A DNA stretch of 64,000 bases from an uncultured Candidatus Binatia bacterium (lineage in GTDB: Bacteria > Desulfobacterota > Binatia > Bin18): assembly GCA_965200965.1 (NCBI GenBank), contig OZ241744.1, forward strand, positions 1,344,001 to 1,408,000. Reading direction: 5' to 3'. Numbering within the stretch: position 1 is the first letter of the stretch; every line of letters begins with the position of its first letter. The notes beneath the pieces were generated by a model that made no database searches, was not told where the DNA came from, and saw only the letters and a program-made list of their open reading frames with translations. The translations under genes were made by a program, and so were the position numbers. Below, in pieces: positions 38,282 through 48,764 of this stretch.

Positions 38282-41005
38282 ATGAGGAAACTGATTGTCT
38301 TTGGCCTCATACTCTTGCTGCTGCTCGGCGGTCTGATCGGCTTTGCCGCCTCAAATCTCAACAGTCTTGTCAACGCCAGTAAAGACCGGCTGTTGGCCCA
38401 GGCTGAGCGGGCGCTGGGCCGCACGCTACAGATTGGAGAAATTGAGATCAGTCTGTGGGGTGGGGTGGGGGCCCGGCTGCAAAACGTGGCTCTGGCCGAT
38501 GACCCGGCCTTTTCCTCGGAGACTTTTGTCCAAGCAACAGAGGTGCAGGTCAAGGTCAAGCTCATGCCGCTTCTCAGGCAAGAGATTGAGGTCAGGCGGG
38601 TCAGTGTGCGTGATCCGGTCATTCGGGTGATTCGCAACGCCGAGGGCGTGTTCAATTTTGCCAGCCTGGTGAAAGGGGAGACGCGGGACGCTCCGCCCCA
38701 AACTTCTGAGGCCACACCGGCGAGCAGCGCGACGAGCGGTGCGGACGGTCTTCCGCTGTTGTTGGTGGCGCTGGCCAACATCTCTAACGGCGATATTCAC
38801 TACACCGATCAGGGCACGAATACTGAACTCCGTGTCAGCCAGATTGACCTCGAAGTCGAGGACCTCAGCTTTGATCAGCCTCTCAGCCTGGAGTTGGCCG
38901 CGGCCCTGCTGTCCAAACGGCCGAACCTCCACCTGGCGGGCAGCTTCGGCCCGCTAGGCCGAGAGGCCGAACTCCTGGCCGTTGACGCCAGCCTGAGGCT
39001 GGATCCGCTCGATAGTGCCGTCCTGCCTCAGGCACTCCCCCAGCTCGCCGATGCACTCCCGCCCGGCCTCGGCCTGTCCGGCCCGCTGCGCGTCAGCAGC
39101 CGCATATCGGGGACTGTCAGAGCCCTGATGGTGTCGGATTTGCGGCTGACGGCGGCGGTGTTTGAGTCCGACCAAGCCAATCTCCAGGTGACGGGTGAGG
39201 CAGGCCCGCTGGCCCCCGATATGGCCGCGCTGAGCCTCAAGACCGATATTGCCCTGGGGCCGGTCGGTCTGCCCCAGCTGCTGCAATTTGCCCCGCTGGC
39301 CGAATATCTCCCGGCCCAACTCAGTGCTGAGGGTAGGGCCGCGGTGACGGTCCATGCTGAGGGCCGGCTGAACAATCTGGCCCTCACCGCAACAGTTGAC
39401 GCAACGGACAGCGCGCTTCAGTTTGGAGGCCAGTTTCAGAAACCCCAGGGCACGCGCCTGGTCGCGTCAACCAACGCCCGCCTGACACCAGAGCGCGTCG
39501 CAGTACAAGGGGCAAAAATCCAGATGCACACGCTTGCGCTGACAAGTCACGGTGAGCTCACCCTTGGCAAACCCCTGGGTCTGGACCTGCACCTGGACTC
39601 CAATACTGTTGACCTAGCCGGCTGGCAAGAGATTTTGCCCGAGATGCGAGCGTTTTCTCCTGGAGGCCAGATGGAGCTGGACTTCCATATCAAGGCGACC
39701 GAAGAAGGGCGGCCCACAATTACGGGGACGCTTGACCTCCGCGAGGCAAGCGCGAGTCTGGCCCAACTCCCCCAGCCGGTGACCGCCTTGAACACCTCGC
39801 TGACCTTTACCGGTCAAGGTGCCGACATCCAAAACGCCTCGGCCCAGCTCGGCGGCTCGGCCCTCGAGTTTACCGCCAGCGTTGCGCGTTTCAGTCCCCT
39901 GAAGGCCAGCTATCGTCTGCGTTCACCCGAGCTGTGGCTGGCCGATGTCCAGGCCGGCGACGGCTGGCCGTCAGCTTCTGATGTGCTGCGCGATTTCACG
40001 AGCGAGGGTCGGCTGCGGCTGGAGAACAAACGGCTGGCGTTCAACGCCACCCTCTCATCCACCCACGGCCGGCTGGTCAATGTGGACTATAGCGATATCC
40101 ATACGGCGCTGGCCGCACTCGACCGGACCGTCAGGCTTGAGCTACTCAGCCTGCACACCTTGGGCGGCTCTGTCAGCGCCTCGGGCCGTTACGAGATGGG
40201 CGCAGCCCCGCCCCGGTTCCAGTTCGCTTCACAACTTACCCGGATTGAGTTGGCCGGGCTGTTCAAAGCCTACCTGCCGGGGGCGCTTGACGCGGCGCGC
40301 GGCACGGCCAGTTTGACCCTGGGCCTGACAGGCCACGGCCGGGACTGGCCGGCGATACAAGCCAGCTTGGACGGTCAGGGCGAGTTGGAGGTCACAGACG
40401 GGGCACTGGTCAATATGAACATTGCCGACGAGGTGCTGAGGAGGCTCAGCGGGATTCCCGGTCTCACAGCGCTCATCTCTCCGGAAGTGCGAGCCAGATA
40501 TCCGGCCCTGTTCAGCCGCCACGGGACCGAGTTTTCCCGGCTCGGCAGCCAGTTCCGCCTCAGCCAGGGCAAAATCCTGCTTGACGCAGCGCGTCTGGAC
40601 GCGGCCGGCTATGCGGCCCGAGGCAAGGGCTGGCTGGACTATGAACAGAACATTGATTTTCAGGGCCAACTGATTCTGGCCAAAGATCTGTCACAGGACA
40701 TACAGGCCAGCGTGAGGCTGGCCAGCCTGCTCAGCAACGCTCAGGGACAGATCACGCTCCCCTTTGCGCTGAGCGGCAACCTGCCCGGTGTAAAACCCGT
40801 CCCGGATGTTGCGGCTGTGGCCCAGCGGGTGCAACACGGCGTCGTCACCAGCGGCCTTGAAGCCTTGCAGGAAAAAGTCCTGGACAAGCTCCTGCCCCCA
40901 CCACCGGACGAAGACACGCACCCCGAGCAGGAGGATTCCCCTACCGGCCCGGTCACGCCCCAGGATATGTTGAGAGAAGGCTTGGAGGGACTGTTTGGAC
41001 GTTAG
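38282..41005 (+). CDS. AsmA family protein
   Basis: N-terminal TM anchor; ALGRTLQIG..VKLMPLL; long beta-rich body; LDGQG..DGAL..N. Confidence 0.85.
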   Translation: MRKLIVFGLILLLLLGGLIGFAASNLNSLVNASKDRLLAQAERALGRTLQIGEIEISLWGGVGARLQNVALADDPAFSSETFVQATEVQVKVKLMPLLRQEIEVRRVSVRDPVIRVIRNAEGVFNFASLVKGETRDAPPQTSEATPASSATSGADGLPLLLVALANISNGDIHYTDQGTNTELRVSQIDLEVEDLSFDQPLSLELAAALLSKRPNLHLAGSFGPLGREAELLAVDASLRLDPLDSAVLPQALPQLADALPPGLGLSGPLRVSSRISGTVRALMVSDLRLTAAVFESDQANLQVTGEAGPLAPDMAALSLKTDIALGPVGLPQLLQFAPLAEYLPAQLSAEGRAAVTVHAEGRLNNLALTATVDATDSALQFGGQFQKPQGTRLVASTNARLTPERVAVQGAKIQMHTLALTSHGELTLGKPLGLDLHLDSNTVDLAGWQEILPEMRAFSPGGQMELDFHIKATEEGRPTITGTLDLREASASLAQLPQPVTALNTSLTFTGQGADIQNASAQLGGSALEFTASVARFSPLKASYRLRSPELWLADVQAGDGWPSASDVLRDFTSEGRLRLENKRLAFNATLSSTHGRLVNVDYSDIHTALAALDRTVRLELLSLHTLGGSVSASGRYEMGAAPPRFQFASQLTRIELAGLFKAYLPGALDAARGTASLTLGLTGHGRDWPAIQASLDGQGELEVTDGALVNMNIADEVLRRLSGIPGLTALISPEVRARYPALFSRHGTEFSRLGSQFRLSQGKILLDAARLDAAGYAARGKGWLDYEQNIDFQGQLILAKDLSQDIQASVRLASLLSNAQGQITLPFALSGNLPGVKPVPDVAAVAQRVQHGVVTSGLEALQEKVLDKLLPPPPDEDTHPEQEDSPTGPVTPQDMLREGLEGLFGR

Positions 41006-41014
41006 AGCGGCCTC

Positions 41015-42055
41015 TCAGCCCTCCTGTCGGCCTAAGAGTTGGCCGATCGCCCGCTCCAGATGTCGGACCCGGCGGACCAGCTCGGGCAACTTGGGGAGGA
41101 CGGCCGAGTACCGACGCCAGGAGAAGATGTCAACCGCGGGATAGCCACCAATAACGGTGTCGGGCGGGACATCGTTGGGAATGCCGCTCTTGGCCGCCAC
41201 CCGCGTCTTCTCACCAATCGTTAAGTGGCCGGCAACCCCGACTTGGCCCCCCATCTGCACCCCTGCCCCGACTTTTGTGCTCCCGGACAGCCCGACCTGG
41301 GCAGCCAACAGCACGCCTTGACCAAGCTCACAGCCGTGGGCAACCATCACCAGATTATCGATTTTGCTCCCACGGCCGATCCGCGTTGCCCCCAGGGTAG
41401 CCCGGTCAACCGTGGTGTTTGTGCCGATTTCAACCTCATCCTCAAGAACCACATGACCGGTCTGCGGATTCGGCACAACCGTCCCATCGGGAAGCGGCAC
41501 ATAGCCGAAGCCGTCTCCACCGATGACTGCCCCACTTTGCAGGACGACCCCATGCCCGATACGGCTGCCCTCGCGCACCACCACCCCGGCGTGGGCGGTA
41601 AACCGGTCTCCAATCGTCACCCGGGGATAAATGACGACATGGGCGGCGATGCGGGCATCCTGGCCAATCACCACCTCGTCTCCAACCACGGCATACGGCC
41701 CGATCGAAGCACCGCCGCCGATCTGAGCCGAAGGTGCGATCACGGCCGTTGGATGAATCCCTGGCGGGGGAACATAGGGCGGATAAAACCAGCCCAAGAC
41801 CCGGGAAAGGGCCAGGGCCGGATTGGCCACCCGGACAAGGGCAAGCCTGCCCTCAAGCTGCTCAAGCGGCATCTCCTCGGCCACCAGGACAGCCGCCGCC
41901 TTGGTCAGCGGCAGTTTGGCCGCATACTTTGTATTGGTCAAAAAGGTCAAATCTCCCGGCTCGGCCTCTTCGCTTCCCCTGACGCCGACAATCTCAAGCG
42001 CGGCGTTGCCGTGCAGTTCGGCACCCAGCCGCTCGGCGATCTCTCCAAGTTTCAT
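41015..42055 (-). CDS. lpxD: UDP-3-O-(3-hydroxyacyl)glucosamine N-acyltransferase
   Basis: Hexapeptide repeats, GGDGFGY, EIGTNTTVDR, KIDNLVMVAH. Confidence 0.95.
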   Translation of the reverse strand: MKLGEIAERLGAELHGNAALEIVGVRGSEEAEPGDLTFLTNTKYAAKLPLTKAAAVLVAEEMPLEQLEGRLALVRVANPALALSRVLGWFYPPYVPPPGIHPTAVIAPSAQIGGGASIGPYAVVGDEVVIGQDARIAAHVVIYPRVTIGDRFTAHAGVVVREGSRIGHGVVLQSGAVIGGDGFGYVPLPDGTVVPNPQTGHVVLEDEVEIGTNTTVDRATLGATRIGRGSKIDNLVMVAHGCELGQGVLLAAQVGLSGSTKVGAGVQMGGQVGVAGHLTIGEKTRVAAKSGIPNDVPPDTVIGGYPAVDIFSWRRYSAVLPKLPELVRRVRHLERAIGQLLGRQEG

Positions 42056-42228
42056 CTGACCTGTCCTTTCTCTGGCGTCCCGCGGGTCGTGCCCAACTGC
42101 CCCAGCCCGACATAGCAGGGTCAGCAGAAAACCACCATCCGCCAGCACTTTGCTTGTCACTCCCTGCCCCGTATGTTAGGAACACCAGTTGGCTTCAACC
42201 AAAATCCGTGAGAAATGCAGAGGCCTTC

Positions 42229-43101
42229 ATGCAAACATTAAAACTTGGCATTCCGAAGGGTAGTCTGGAGTCCACCACCATTGACCTGTTTCGCAAGGCT
42301 GGCTGGAAAATCACCACAAGTTCTCGGAGCTATTTTCCGAGCATTGATGATCCGACGATCCGCTGCATGCTGGTCCGGGCCCAAGAGATGGCCCAATATG
42401 TGGAATCGGGTGCGCTCGATGTCGGCCTGACCGGCAAAGACTGGATCATGGAGAAGAACGCCGACGTCGAGGTGGTGGAAGACCTGGTCTATTCCAAGGC
42501 CAGCTTTCAGCCGACCCGTTGGGTCATTGCGGTTCCGCACAACTCGCCAGTTACAACCCCCCAAGACCTGCACGGCAAACGGATCGCAACCGAATTGGTC
42601 AGCTACACCAAGCGCTATTTTGCCGAACGGCAGATTGAGGTCACGGTCGAATTTTCGTGGGGGGCGACCGAGGCCAAGGCCGCCGAAGGGATCGTGGATG
42701 CGGTCGTTGAGGTCACCGAATCCGGGTCAACCATCCGCGCCCACGGCCTCACAATTATCCGCGAACTGTTCACCTCCAACCCGCAACTCATTGCCAATCG
42801 CCGGGCTTGGCAAGAGCCGGCCAAAAAGGAGCAGATTGAGCAGATTGCCCTGTTACTGACCGGTGCCCTGGAAGCCGAGGCCAAGGTCGGGCTCAAGATG
42901 AATGTGCCCAAGGAGAGGCTTGACCTCATCGTCAAGATGCTGCCAAGTCTGACTGCCCCAACCGTCTCGCCCCTGTATAAGACCCGGTGGTTTGCGGTAG
43001 AAAGCGTGATTAGCGAGAGCCGGGCCAGGGAATTAATCCCGCAACTGATCAAAAATGGCGCGGTGGGGATTATCGAATATCCCCTGAACAAAATTATTTA
43101 G
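42229..43101 (+). CDS. hisG: ATP phosphoribosyltransferase (long form)
   Basis: GIPKGSL, DVGLTGKD, SWGATE, C-terminal regulatory domain. Confidence 0.95.
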   Translation: MQTLKLGIPKGSLESTTIDLFRKAGWKITTSSRSYFPSIDDPTIRCMLVRAQEMAQYVESGALDVGLTGKDWIMEKNADVEVVEDLVYSKASFQPTRWVIAVPHNSPVTTPQDLHGKRIATELVSYTKRYFAERQIEVTVEFSWGATEAKAAEGIVDAVVEVTESGSTIRAHGLTIIRELFTSNPQLIANRRAWQEPAKKEQIEQIALLLTGALEAEAKVGLKMNVPKERLDLIVKMLPSLTAPTVSPLYKTRWFAVESVISESRARELIPQLIKNGAVGIIEYPLNKII

Positions 43102-43125
43102 CCACCGTCAGCGGGCCTCGTGTCC

Positions 43126-43320
43126 CTATTCTTCTTCGATAGGCTCGGTCAATCGTCTGCCCCGATAGTAATACGCGCCGTCAGTGCCAACATGAGCGCG
43201 ATGCGACAGGTGAACTTCTCCTGTCTGCGTATCCATCCGCAGCGTCGGGTCCGACAAGGCGTGATGGGCCCGTCTTTTGTTGCGTTTGGTGCGAGAGGTT
43301 CTTCGTTTGGGAACTGCCAC
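43126..43320 (-). CDS. rpmF: 50S ribosomal protein L32 (cysteine-free form)
   Basis: MAVPKRRTSRTKRNKRRAH...HR...YYRGR. Confidence 0.95.
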   Translation of the reverse strand: MAVPKRRTSRTKRNKRRAHHALSDPTLRMDTQTGEVHLSHRAHVGTDGAYYYRGRRLTEPIEEE

Positions 43321-43344
43321 AGTTCTTCCTTTCCACGACCGGAC

Positions 43345-43824
43345 TTAGGCCGAGGCTTCGCTGGCCTCTGGGGGCTGTTCCTCCATAGTGCTGAGGAATG
43401 CGTTCTTGTCTGCTCCGGTCATGATGAAAATCCCTTCCCAACCACACACCTCTTCGCACAACTGGCAGCCAACACAGGTCTTCTCGTCAACCTCGACGCG
43501 GCCGAGGTACTGGGGACCGTTATTGGGCGAGGGTGCAATACAGTCAAAAGGGCACACGTCAATGCACACGCCGCAGCCGTTACAGTTATCGAGATGGACA
43601 ACCGCGATGGGCCGCTCAACCCGTTTCAGGACAGATGTCACCGTCCCGAAGGTGTCCAAAATAGCGGCGTCGGGACAGATCACGCCGCAGGCCCCACAGT
43701 CAATGCACAGCGAGGGGTCAATGTAATAGGCTTTTTTGGACTCTCCGCTGATGGCTTTGGTTGGACAGCGCTTCTCGCAGGCGCTACACCCGGTGCAGTT
43801 TTCTGCCACAATGGTAAACGGCAT
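43345..43824 (-). CDS. Polyferredoxin (four [4Fe-4S] motifs)
   Basis: Four CxxCxxCxxxC motifs. Confidence 0.9.
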   Translation of the reverse strand: MPFTIVAENCTGCSACEKRCPTKAISGESKKAYYIDPSLCIDCGACGVICPDAAILDTFGTVTSVLKRVERPIAVVHLDNCNGCGVCIDVCPFDCIAPSPNNGPQYLGRVEVDEKTCVGCQLCEEVCGWEGIFIMTGADKNAFLSTMEEQPPEASEASA

Positions 43825-43835
43825 ATGGCCACTCC

Positions 43836-44018
43836 CTATTTCTGCATCTCATCGAGAACTTCGTCAGCCCGGCCCTCTTCGATCAACTGATCGTTTTTTC
43901 GACCTTCCCGAAAGGCGAGCCAAGTGAAATATAACACTAGAAACATCAAGCCAACAATAGGGATATTGTCGGGCTTGGTGATGATTTCAACGAACTGGTC
44001 CCATCCCGTCTTTTGCAT
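43836..44018 (-). CDS. Small membrane protein with KPDNIPIV motif
   Basis: MQKTGWDQFVEIITKPDNIPIVGLMFLVLYFTWLAFREGRKND; one TM segment; directly upstream of the polyferredoxin RBS. Confidence 0.7.
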   Translation of the reverse strand: MQKTGWDQFVEIITKPDNIPIVGLMFLVLYFTWLAFREGRKNDQLIEEGRADEVLDEMQK

Positions 44019-44183
44019 AGTGCTTCCAACACTAACGAGCCACCCAAGATTTGTCAACGAAGGGCGGCAACAGGCTCCCGGTCCAGGCCTGGATTCGTGT
44101 GTCCTTCCCCCTCCCCTTGCGGTGAACCGGGTTTTCGGTATACATGGGGGTGACTCTGCACAGGAGAAAAGGAAAGAGTATCC

Positions 44184-44966
44184 ATGCTGGGATGGCTGCC
44201 TGAAGATGTCTCGCCGTATGGAGCGGGTATCGATTCGCTCTTCTATTTTATCTATTACCTGACCGCGGCGGCTTTCATTCTCGTCACCGTCCTGATGCTC
44301 ATCTTTCTGTTCGTGTACCGAGACCGGGGCGGCCGGCGCGCCGCCTACACCCACGGCAACACCTCGCTGGAGATCATCTGGACGGTCATTCCGGCCATGG
44401 TCTTCATCGGCCTTGGGCTGTGGAGCAAGTCGCTGTGGGAAGACATCAAACTCCTGCCGCCCGATACCGATACGGTGGTGAAGGTGACTGGCAAGCAGTT
44501 CAACTGGGAAATTCTGTACCCCGGCCCGGACGGCGAGTTTGGCACCGCCGATGACAAACAGGTCGACAACGACATTCGGGTCCCGGCCGGCAAGCCTGTC
44601 CGCGTCATTCTGGCTTCCAAAGACGTTATTCACAGTTTTTTTCTGCCCAACCTCCGCTTCAAGCAGGATACCGTCCCGGGTCGAGACATCATCGGCTGGT
44701 TCCAGGCCAATAAGCCGGGCAAATATGAAATTCCGTGCGCTGAACTGTGCGGCTTTGGCCACTCAGGCATGAAGGGATGGCTGTACGCCCTGGCACCGGA
44801 TGAATATCAGGCCTGGGTAGACGAGCAGTGGCCACCGCCGGCCGCTTCCAATGGAACAACAGTTTCATACTCAGCCGCCGGTATGACGGAAACGGCTCAG
44901 ACCACAGCCCAAGAGACGGCGGTCAATTTACCGATAGCCACCGAGACTACACCAATAGGAGAGTGA
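44184..44966 (+). CDS. coxB: Cytochrome c oxidase subunit II
   Basis: LEIIWT, DVIHSF, CuA motif CAELCGFGHSGM. Confidence 0.95.
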   Translation: MLGWLPEDVSPYGAGIDSLFYFIYYLTAAAFILVTVLMLIFLFVYRDRGGRRAAYTHGNTSLEIIWTVIPAMVFIGLGLWSKSLWEDIKLLPPDTDTVVKVTGKQFNWEILYPGPDGEFGTADDKQVDNDIRVPAGKPVRVILASKDVIHSFFLPNLRFKQDTVPGRDIIGWFQANKPGKYEIPCAELCGFGHSGMKGWLYALAPDEYQAWVDEQWPPPAASNGTTVSYSAAGMTETAQTTAQETAVNLPIATETTPIGE

Positions 44967-44968
44967 CA

Positions 44969-46828
44969 ATGAGCGATGCAGGAGCGGTGGAAGCCCATGA
45001 TGCCCACGCTCACGGTGCCCACCACGAGCTGGGGTTTATCCGCACCTATATTTTTTCCACCGATCATAAGATGATCGGACGCCAGTTCTTGTTCTCAAGC
45101 GTTTTTATGCTCATCATCGGCGGCCTGTTGGCCATGATGATGCGCTGGGAGTTGGCTTGGCCGGAGACCGCGGTACCGTTGACGAGTTGGATTTCCGAGC
45201 CGTTCATGTATCCGACCGACGACGAGACCGCCGCGGGCGCGGTGGATGCGCTGAGCGAGTTTGTCGATCCCTACCCGGGTGCCAGCTTTGCCAAATCGCT
45301 CGGGCCAACCGCGGGGGCCCATATGGACCCGGCCTTCTACAACGCGCTGTTTACCATGCATGCCACGATCATGATTTTCTTCGTGGTCATGCCGTTCATG
45401 GTCGGCGGCTTTGGCAATTTCCTGATCCCGCTGATGATCGGGGCCGGCGATATGGCCTTCCCGGTCCTCAATATGCTGTCGTTCTGGACTGCCGTTCCCG
45501 CCATTGTCCTCATTCTGTGGAGCTTCTTTGTCGAAGGCGGGGCCGCCTCCGGTGGCTGGACCATGTATGCTACCCTGTCGGCCGATCCGACCCTCAGCGG
45601 CGTTGACCAGGGCGTCAACCTGTGGATTATCAGCCTGCTCATCCTGGGTTTTTCGTCTTTGATGGGCTCGATCAACTATATTACGACGGTTATCAATATG
45701 CGGGCTCCTGGCATGACTTGGTTTCGCCTGCCCCTCGTGATCTGGTCTCTGTTCGTGACCGCCATCCTACTGCTGCTGGCCCTGCCGGTCCTGACCGCGG
45801 CCTTGGGCATGTTGCTGTTTGACCGCACAATGGGGACCAGCTTTTTCCTGCCCTCGGGCGGGGGGGAGCCGCTGCTGTGGCAACATCTGTTCTGGTTCTT
45901 CGGCCACCCGGAAGTGTACATCCTGGTGTTGCCGGCAATGGGCGTGACCTCAGATATTCTCTCGACCTTTGCCCGTAAACCCATCTTTGGTTATCACGCA
46001 ATGGCCTTCTCGATGATCGCTCTGGCCTTCTTGTCCTGGATTGTGTGGGGCCATCACATGTTTTTGAGCGGCATGAATCCGGTGCTGGGAACCGCGTTTA
46101 TGCTGACCACAATGGTCATTGCGATTCCGTCCGCCATTAAGACCTTCAACTGGCTCGGCACTCTGTGGGGGGGGACGATCCGTTTTACCAGCCCGATGCT
46201 GTTTGCCCTCGGCTTTGTGTCCAATTTTGTTATTGGCGGGCTGAGCGGCATCTACATGGCAGTCACGCCGGTGGATATTTTTATTCACGACACCTATTTC
46301 ATTGTCGCCCATTTCCACTATGTGGTGGCCGGCATCATCTTCGGCATGTTTGCCGCCCTGTACTACTGGTTCCCCAAGCTGTTCGGTCGGATGATGAATG
46401 AACCACTGGGCAAGCTGCACTTTGCTCTGACCTACCTCTTTTTTAACGGCGCTTTCTTTCCCATGCATTTCCTGGGGGTGGCCGGCCATATGCGGCGGAT
46501 TTATAACCCGCTGCAGTACGAGTTTCTGGTCGACATGCAGTGGTGGAATGTGTTCATTACCATGAGTGCCTTCTGCCTCGGCGCGGTGCAGTTGATTTTT
46601 CTGTTTAACTTCGTGTGGAGCTTGTTTGCCGGGAAAAAGGCCGAACGGAATCCCTGGCAGGCCAACACGCTGGAATGGACCGCAGCGTCGCCGCCACCCC
46701 ACGGCAACTTCGAAACTGCCCCAAGCGTCCATCGCGGTCCCTACGAGTATAGTTCACCGCTGGTCCAGGAAGACTGGCTCCCACAGGATAGACGGCTCGG
46801 ACCCGAGGCCGCCGCCGCAACCCACTGA
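44969..46828 (+). CDS. coxA: Cytochrome c oxidase subunit I, A1 type
   Basis: TDHK, FTMHAT, GHPEVY, WGHHM, HDTYFIVAHFHY. Confidence 0.97.
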   Translation: MSDAGAVEAHDAHAHGAHHELGFIRTYIFSTDHKMIGRQFLFSSVFMLIIGGLLAMMMRWELAWPETAVPLTSWISEPFMYPTDDETAAGAVDALSEFVDPYPGASFAKSLGPTAGAHMDPAFYNALFTMHATIMIFFVVMPFMVGGFGNFLIPLMIGAGDMAFPVLNMLSFWTAVPAIVLILWSFFVEGGAASGGWTMYATLSADPTLSGVDQGVNLWIISLLILGFSSLMGSINYITTVINMRAPGMTWFRLPLVIWSLFVTAILLLLALPVLTAALGMLLFDRTMGTSFFLPSGGGEPLLWQHLFWFFGHPEVYILVLPAMGVTSDILSTFARKPIFGYHAMAFSMIALAFLSWIVWGHHMFLSGMNPVLGTAFMLTTMVIAIPSAIKTFNWLGTLWGGTIRFTSPMLFALGFVSNFVIGGLSGIYMAVTPVDIFIHDTYFIVAHFHYVVAGIIFGMFAALYYWFPKLFGRMMNEPLGKLHFALTYLFFNGAFFPMHFLGVAGHMRRIYNPLQYEFLVDMQWWNVFITMSAFCLGAVQLIFLFNFVWSLFAGKKAERNPWQANTLEWTAASPPPHGNFETAPSVHRGPYEYSSPLVQEDWLPQDRRLGPEAAAATH

Positions 46829-46846
46829 ACCGAGACACGAGGTGTA

Positions 46847-46872
46847 ATCCGGCTGTTCATCAGCAGCCGGAT
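46847..46872. repeat. Intra-operon hairpin after coxA
   Basis: atccggctg...cagccggat perfect stem, without a U-tract. Confidence 0.5.
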
Positions 46873-46886
46873 AGCCTGATACGAGC

Positions 46887-47831
46887 ATGGCACACGGCCT
46901 CCCTTCCTCAGCACGGTCGTTCTCAGTATCACCCTGGCCGTACCGGCTTGCCCTGCTGACCACCGTTTGTACCCTGCCCCTGCTGTTTGTGGGGGGTCTT
47001 GTCACCAGCCTGGGAGTCGGGCTGGCCGTGCCGGACTGGCCGACGACTTTTGGCTACAACATGTTTCTCTACCCCTGGTCACAGATGGTCGGTGGTATCT
47101 TCTACGAACATAGTCATCGGCTGCTCGGCTCGGTCGTTGGCCTGTTGACCAGCCTGCTCACGGTCACCCTGTGGACCCTGGAGCGGCGGCCGTGGATGCG
47201 CTGGCTGGGTCTGATCGCACTGCTAGCTGTGATCGTCCAAGGCGTGCTGGGAGGTCTGCGGGTTGTGCTGGTAGAAAACCTGCTGGCCCTTATTCACGGC
47301 GGTTTCGCCCAGGCGTTTTTTGCCTTCCTGGCCGCCCTGACCCTGCTGGCCTCAGCCGAATGGCAAAACCGGCAGCCACCCAAAGTGGTCTCAGACGCCG
47401 CGTCTGTCCAACGCCTGAGTGTCATAACCACAGCCGCGCTTTATATCCAGATCATTTTGGGCGCGGTCGTGCGACACACCGGCAGTGGGGCGGAAGTCCA
47501 TATCCTTGGCGGTGTGCTTGTGGCAGGGGTCATTTTCTGGCTTGTCGATTGGGTTGTCGAGTCCTACGCCGGGCATATCGCTATCACTCGGTCTGCCCTG
47601 TTGCTGCGGCGTTTGCTGCTCTTCCAGCTCGGGCTAGGCACGTTCGCCTATGTCGGCAAATACACCCTCAGCGGAGCATCTTTCAGCCCCTACATCGTTC
47701 TGCTGGCCACCGCTCATGTTGTCATTGGCGCACTCATGCTGGCCACCAGCGTCCGCCTCACGCTGCGCTCCTGCCGTGACGGTATGGCCTTTTCTACACG
47801 CCCGACACGCACCCCGGAACATTCGGTATGA
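46887..47831 (+). CDS. ctaA: Heme A synthase (COX15/CtaA family)
   Basis: GLAVPDWP, EHSHR, LIHG, VRH, TAH histidines. Confidence 0.85.
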   Translation: MAHGLPSSARSFSVSPWPYRLALLTTVCTLPLLFVGGLVTSLGVGLAVPDWPTTFGYNMFLYPWSQMVGGIFYEHSHRLLGSVVGLLTSLLTVTLWTLERRPWMRWLGLIALLAVIVQGVLGGLRVVLVENLLALIHGGFAQAFFAFLAALTLLASAEWQNRQPPKVVSDAASVQRLSVITTAALYIQIILGAVVRHTGSGAEVHILGGVLVAGVIFWLVDWVVESYAGHIAITRSALLLRRLLLFQLGLGTFAYVGKYTLSGASFSPYIVLLATAHVVIGALMLATSVRLTLRSCRDGMAFSTRPTRTPEHSV

Positions 47832-48745
47832 TACTCCGCACCCACGCGCAGACCCTGGACCGCACAGACCGTCCTGATCGGGTTTGGTACCGCGGCTTGG
47901 CCTTTTTTGAGTTGACCAAACCCCGGATCGTGAGTCTTGTCCTAATCACGACCTGTGTCGGGTTTTATCTGGCATCGTTAGGTGTCGCCGATTACCGCTT
48001 GCTGCTGCACACCCTGCTGGGGACGGCCCTGGCCGCCGCCGGTACCCTGGCCCTCAACCAGCTGCTCGAACGCGAAGCCGACGCAAAAATGCGGCGCACC
48101 AAGCTGCGGCCTTTACCGGACGGGCGTGTACACCCTGTTGAGGCATTTGTGTTTGGGGCGCTGATCACCACCGCCGGACTCGTCTATCTGGCCTGGACCG
48201 TCAACCTTGCCAGTACCGCGGTCACCACGACTATTGTGATCAGTTACCTGGGATTCTACACCCCGCTCAAGAAAACCACATCCCTGTGTACCTTGATCGG
48301 TGCCGTCCCCGGTGCCTTACCCCCGGTTATCGGCTGGGCGGCCGTCCGTGGCTCGATCGGTCTGGAGGCCTGGATATTGTTTGCCATCATGTTTCTGTGG
48401 CAGATGCCCCATTCGCTGGCCATAGCCTGGCTGTACCGTGACGACTACGCCCGCGCCGGATTTCAGCTCCTCCCGGTGATCAACCCTGACGGCAAAAGCA
48501 CCGGCCGGCAGGTCACTAGCCACTGTTTAGCCCTGTTAGCTGTCGGCCTCCTGCCAACCCTGATCGGCTTGGCCGGACCGATCTATTTCTGTGTGGCGTT
48601 TGGGCTGGGCACTATGTTCCTGTGGTATAGTGTGCGTCTGGCCCTTGTCCGCTCGCTGGCGTCGGCCCGGCATCTGTTGTTTGCCTCGTTGATTTATCTG
48701 CCGGTGCTGTTGGTCGTAATGGCCTTTGATAAAGTCCCGCTGTAA
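47828..48745 (+). CDS. cyoE: Protoheme IX farnesyltransferase (heme O synthase)
   Basis: LTKPR, DAKMRRT..RPLP, GAVPGALPP, WQMPH, DDYARAG. Confidence 0.95.
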   Translation: MILRTHAQTLDRTDRPDRVWYRGLAFFELTKPRIVSLVLITTCVGFYLASLGVADYRLLLHTLLGTALAAAGTLALNQLLEREADAKMRRTKLRPLPDGRVHPVEAFVFGALITTAGLVYLAWTVNLASTAVTTTIVISYLGFYTPLKKTTSLCTLIGAVPGALPPVIGWAAVRGSIGLEAWILFAIMFLWQMPHSLAIAWLYRDDYARAGFQLLPVINPDGKSTGRQVTSHCLALLAVGLLPTLIGLAGPIYFCVAFGLGTMFLWYSVRLALVRSLASARHLLFASLIYLPVLLVVMAFDKVPL

Positions 48746-48764
48746 TCCCGTTGAAGAGCCAGGG

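Noticed and set aside
43836-44762. 308 aa minus-strand ORF
   Set aside because: Mostly antisense to coxB; only the last ~60 codons look like a real protein
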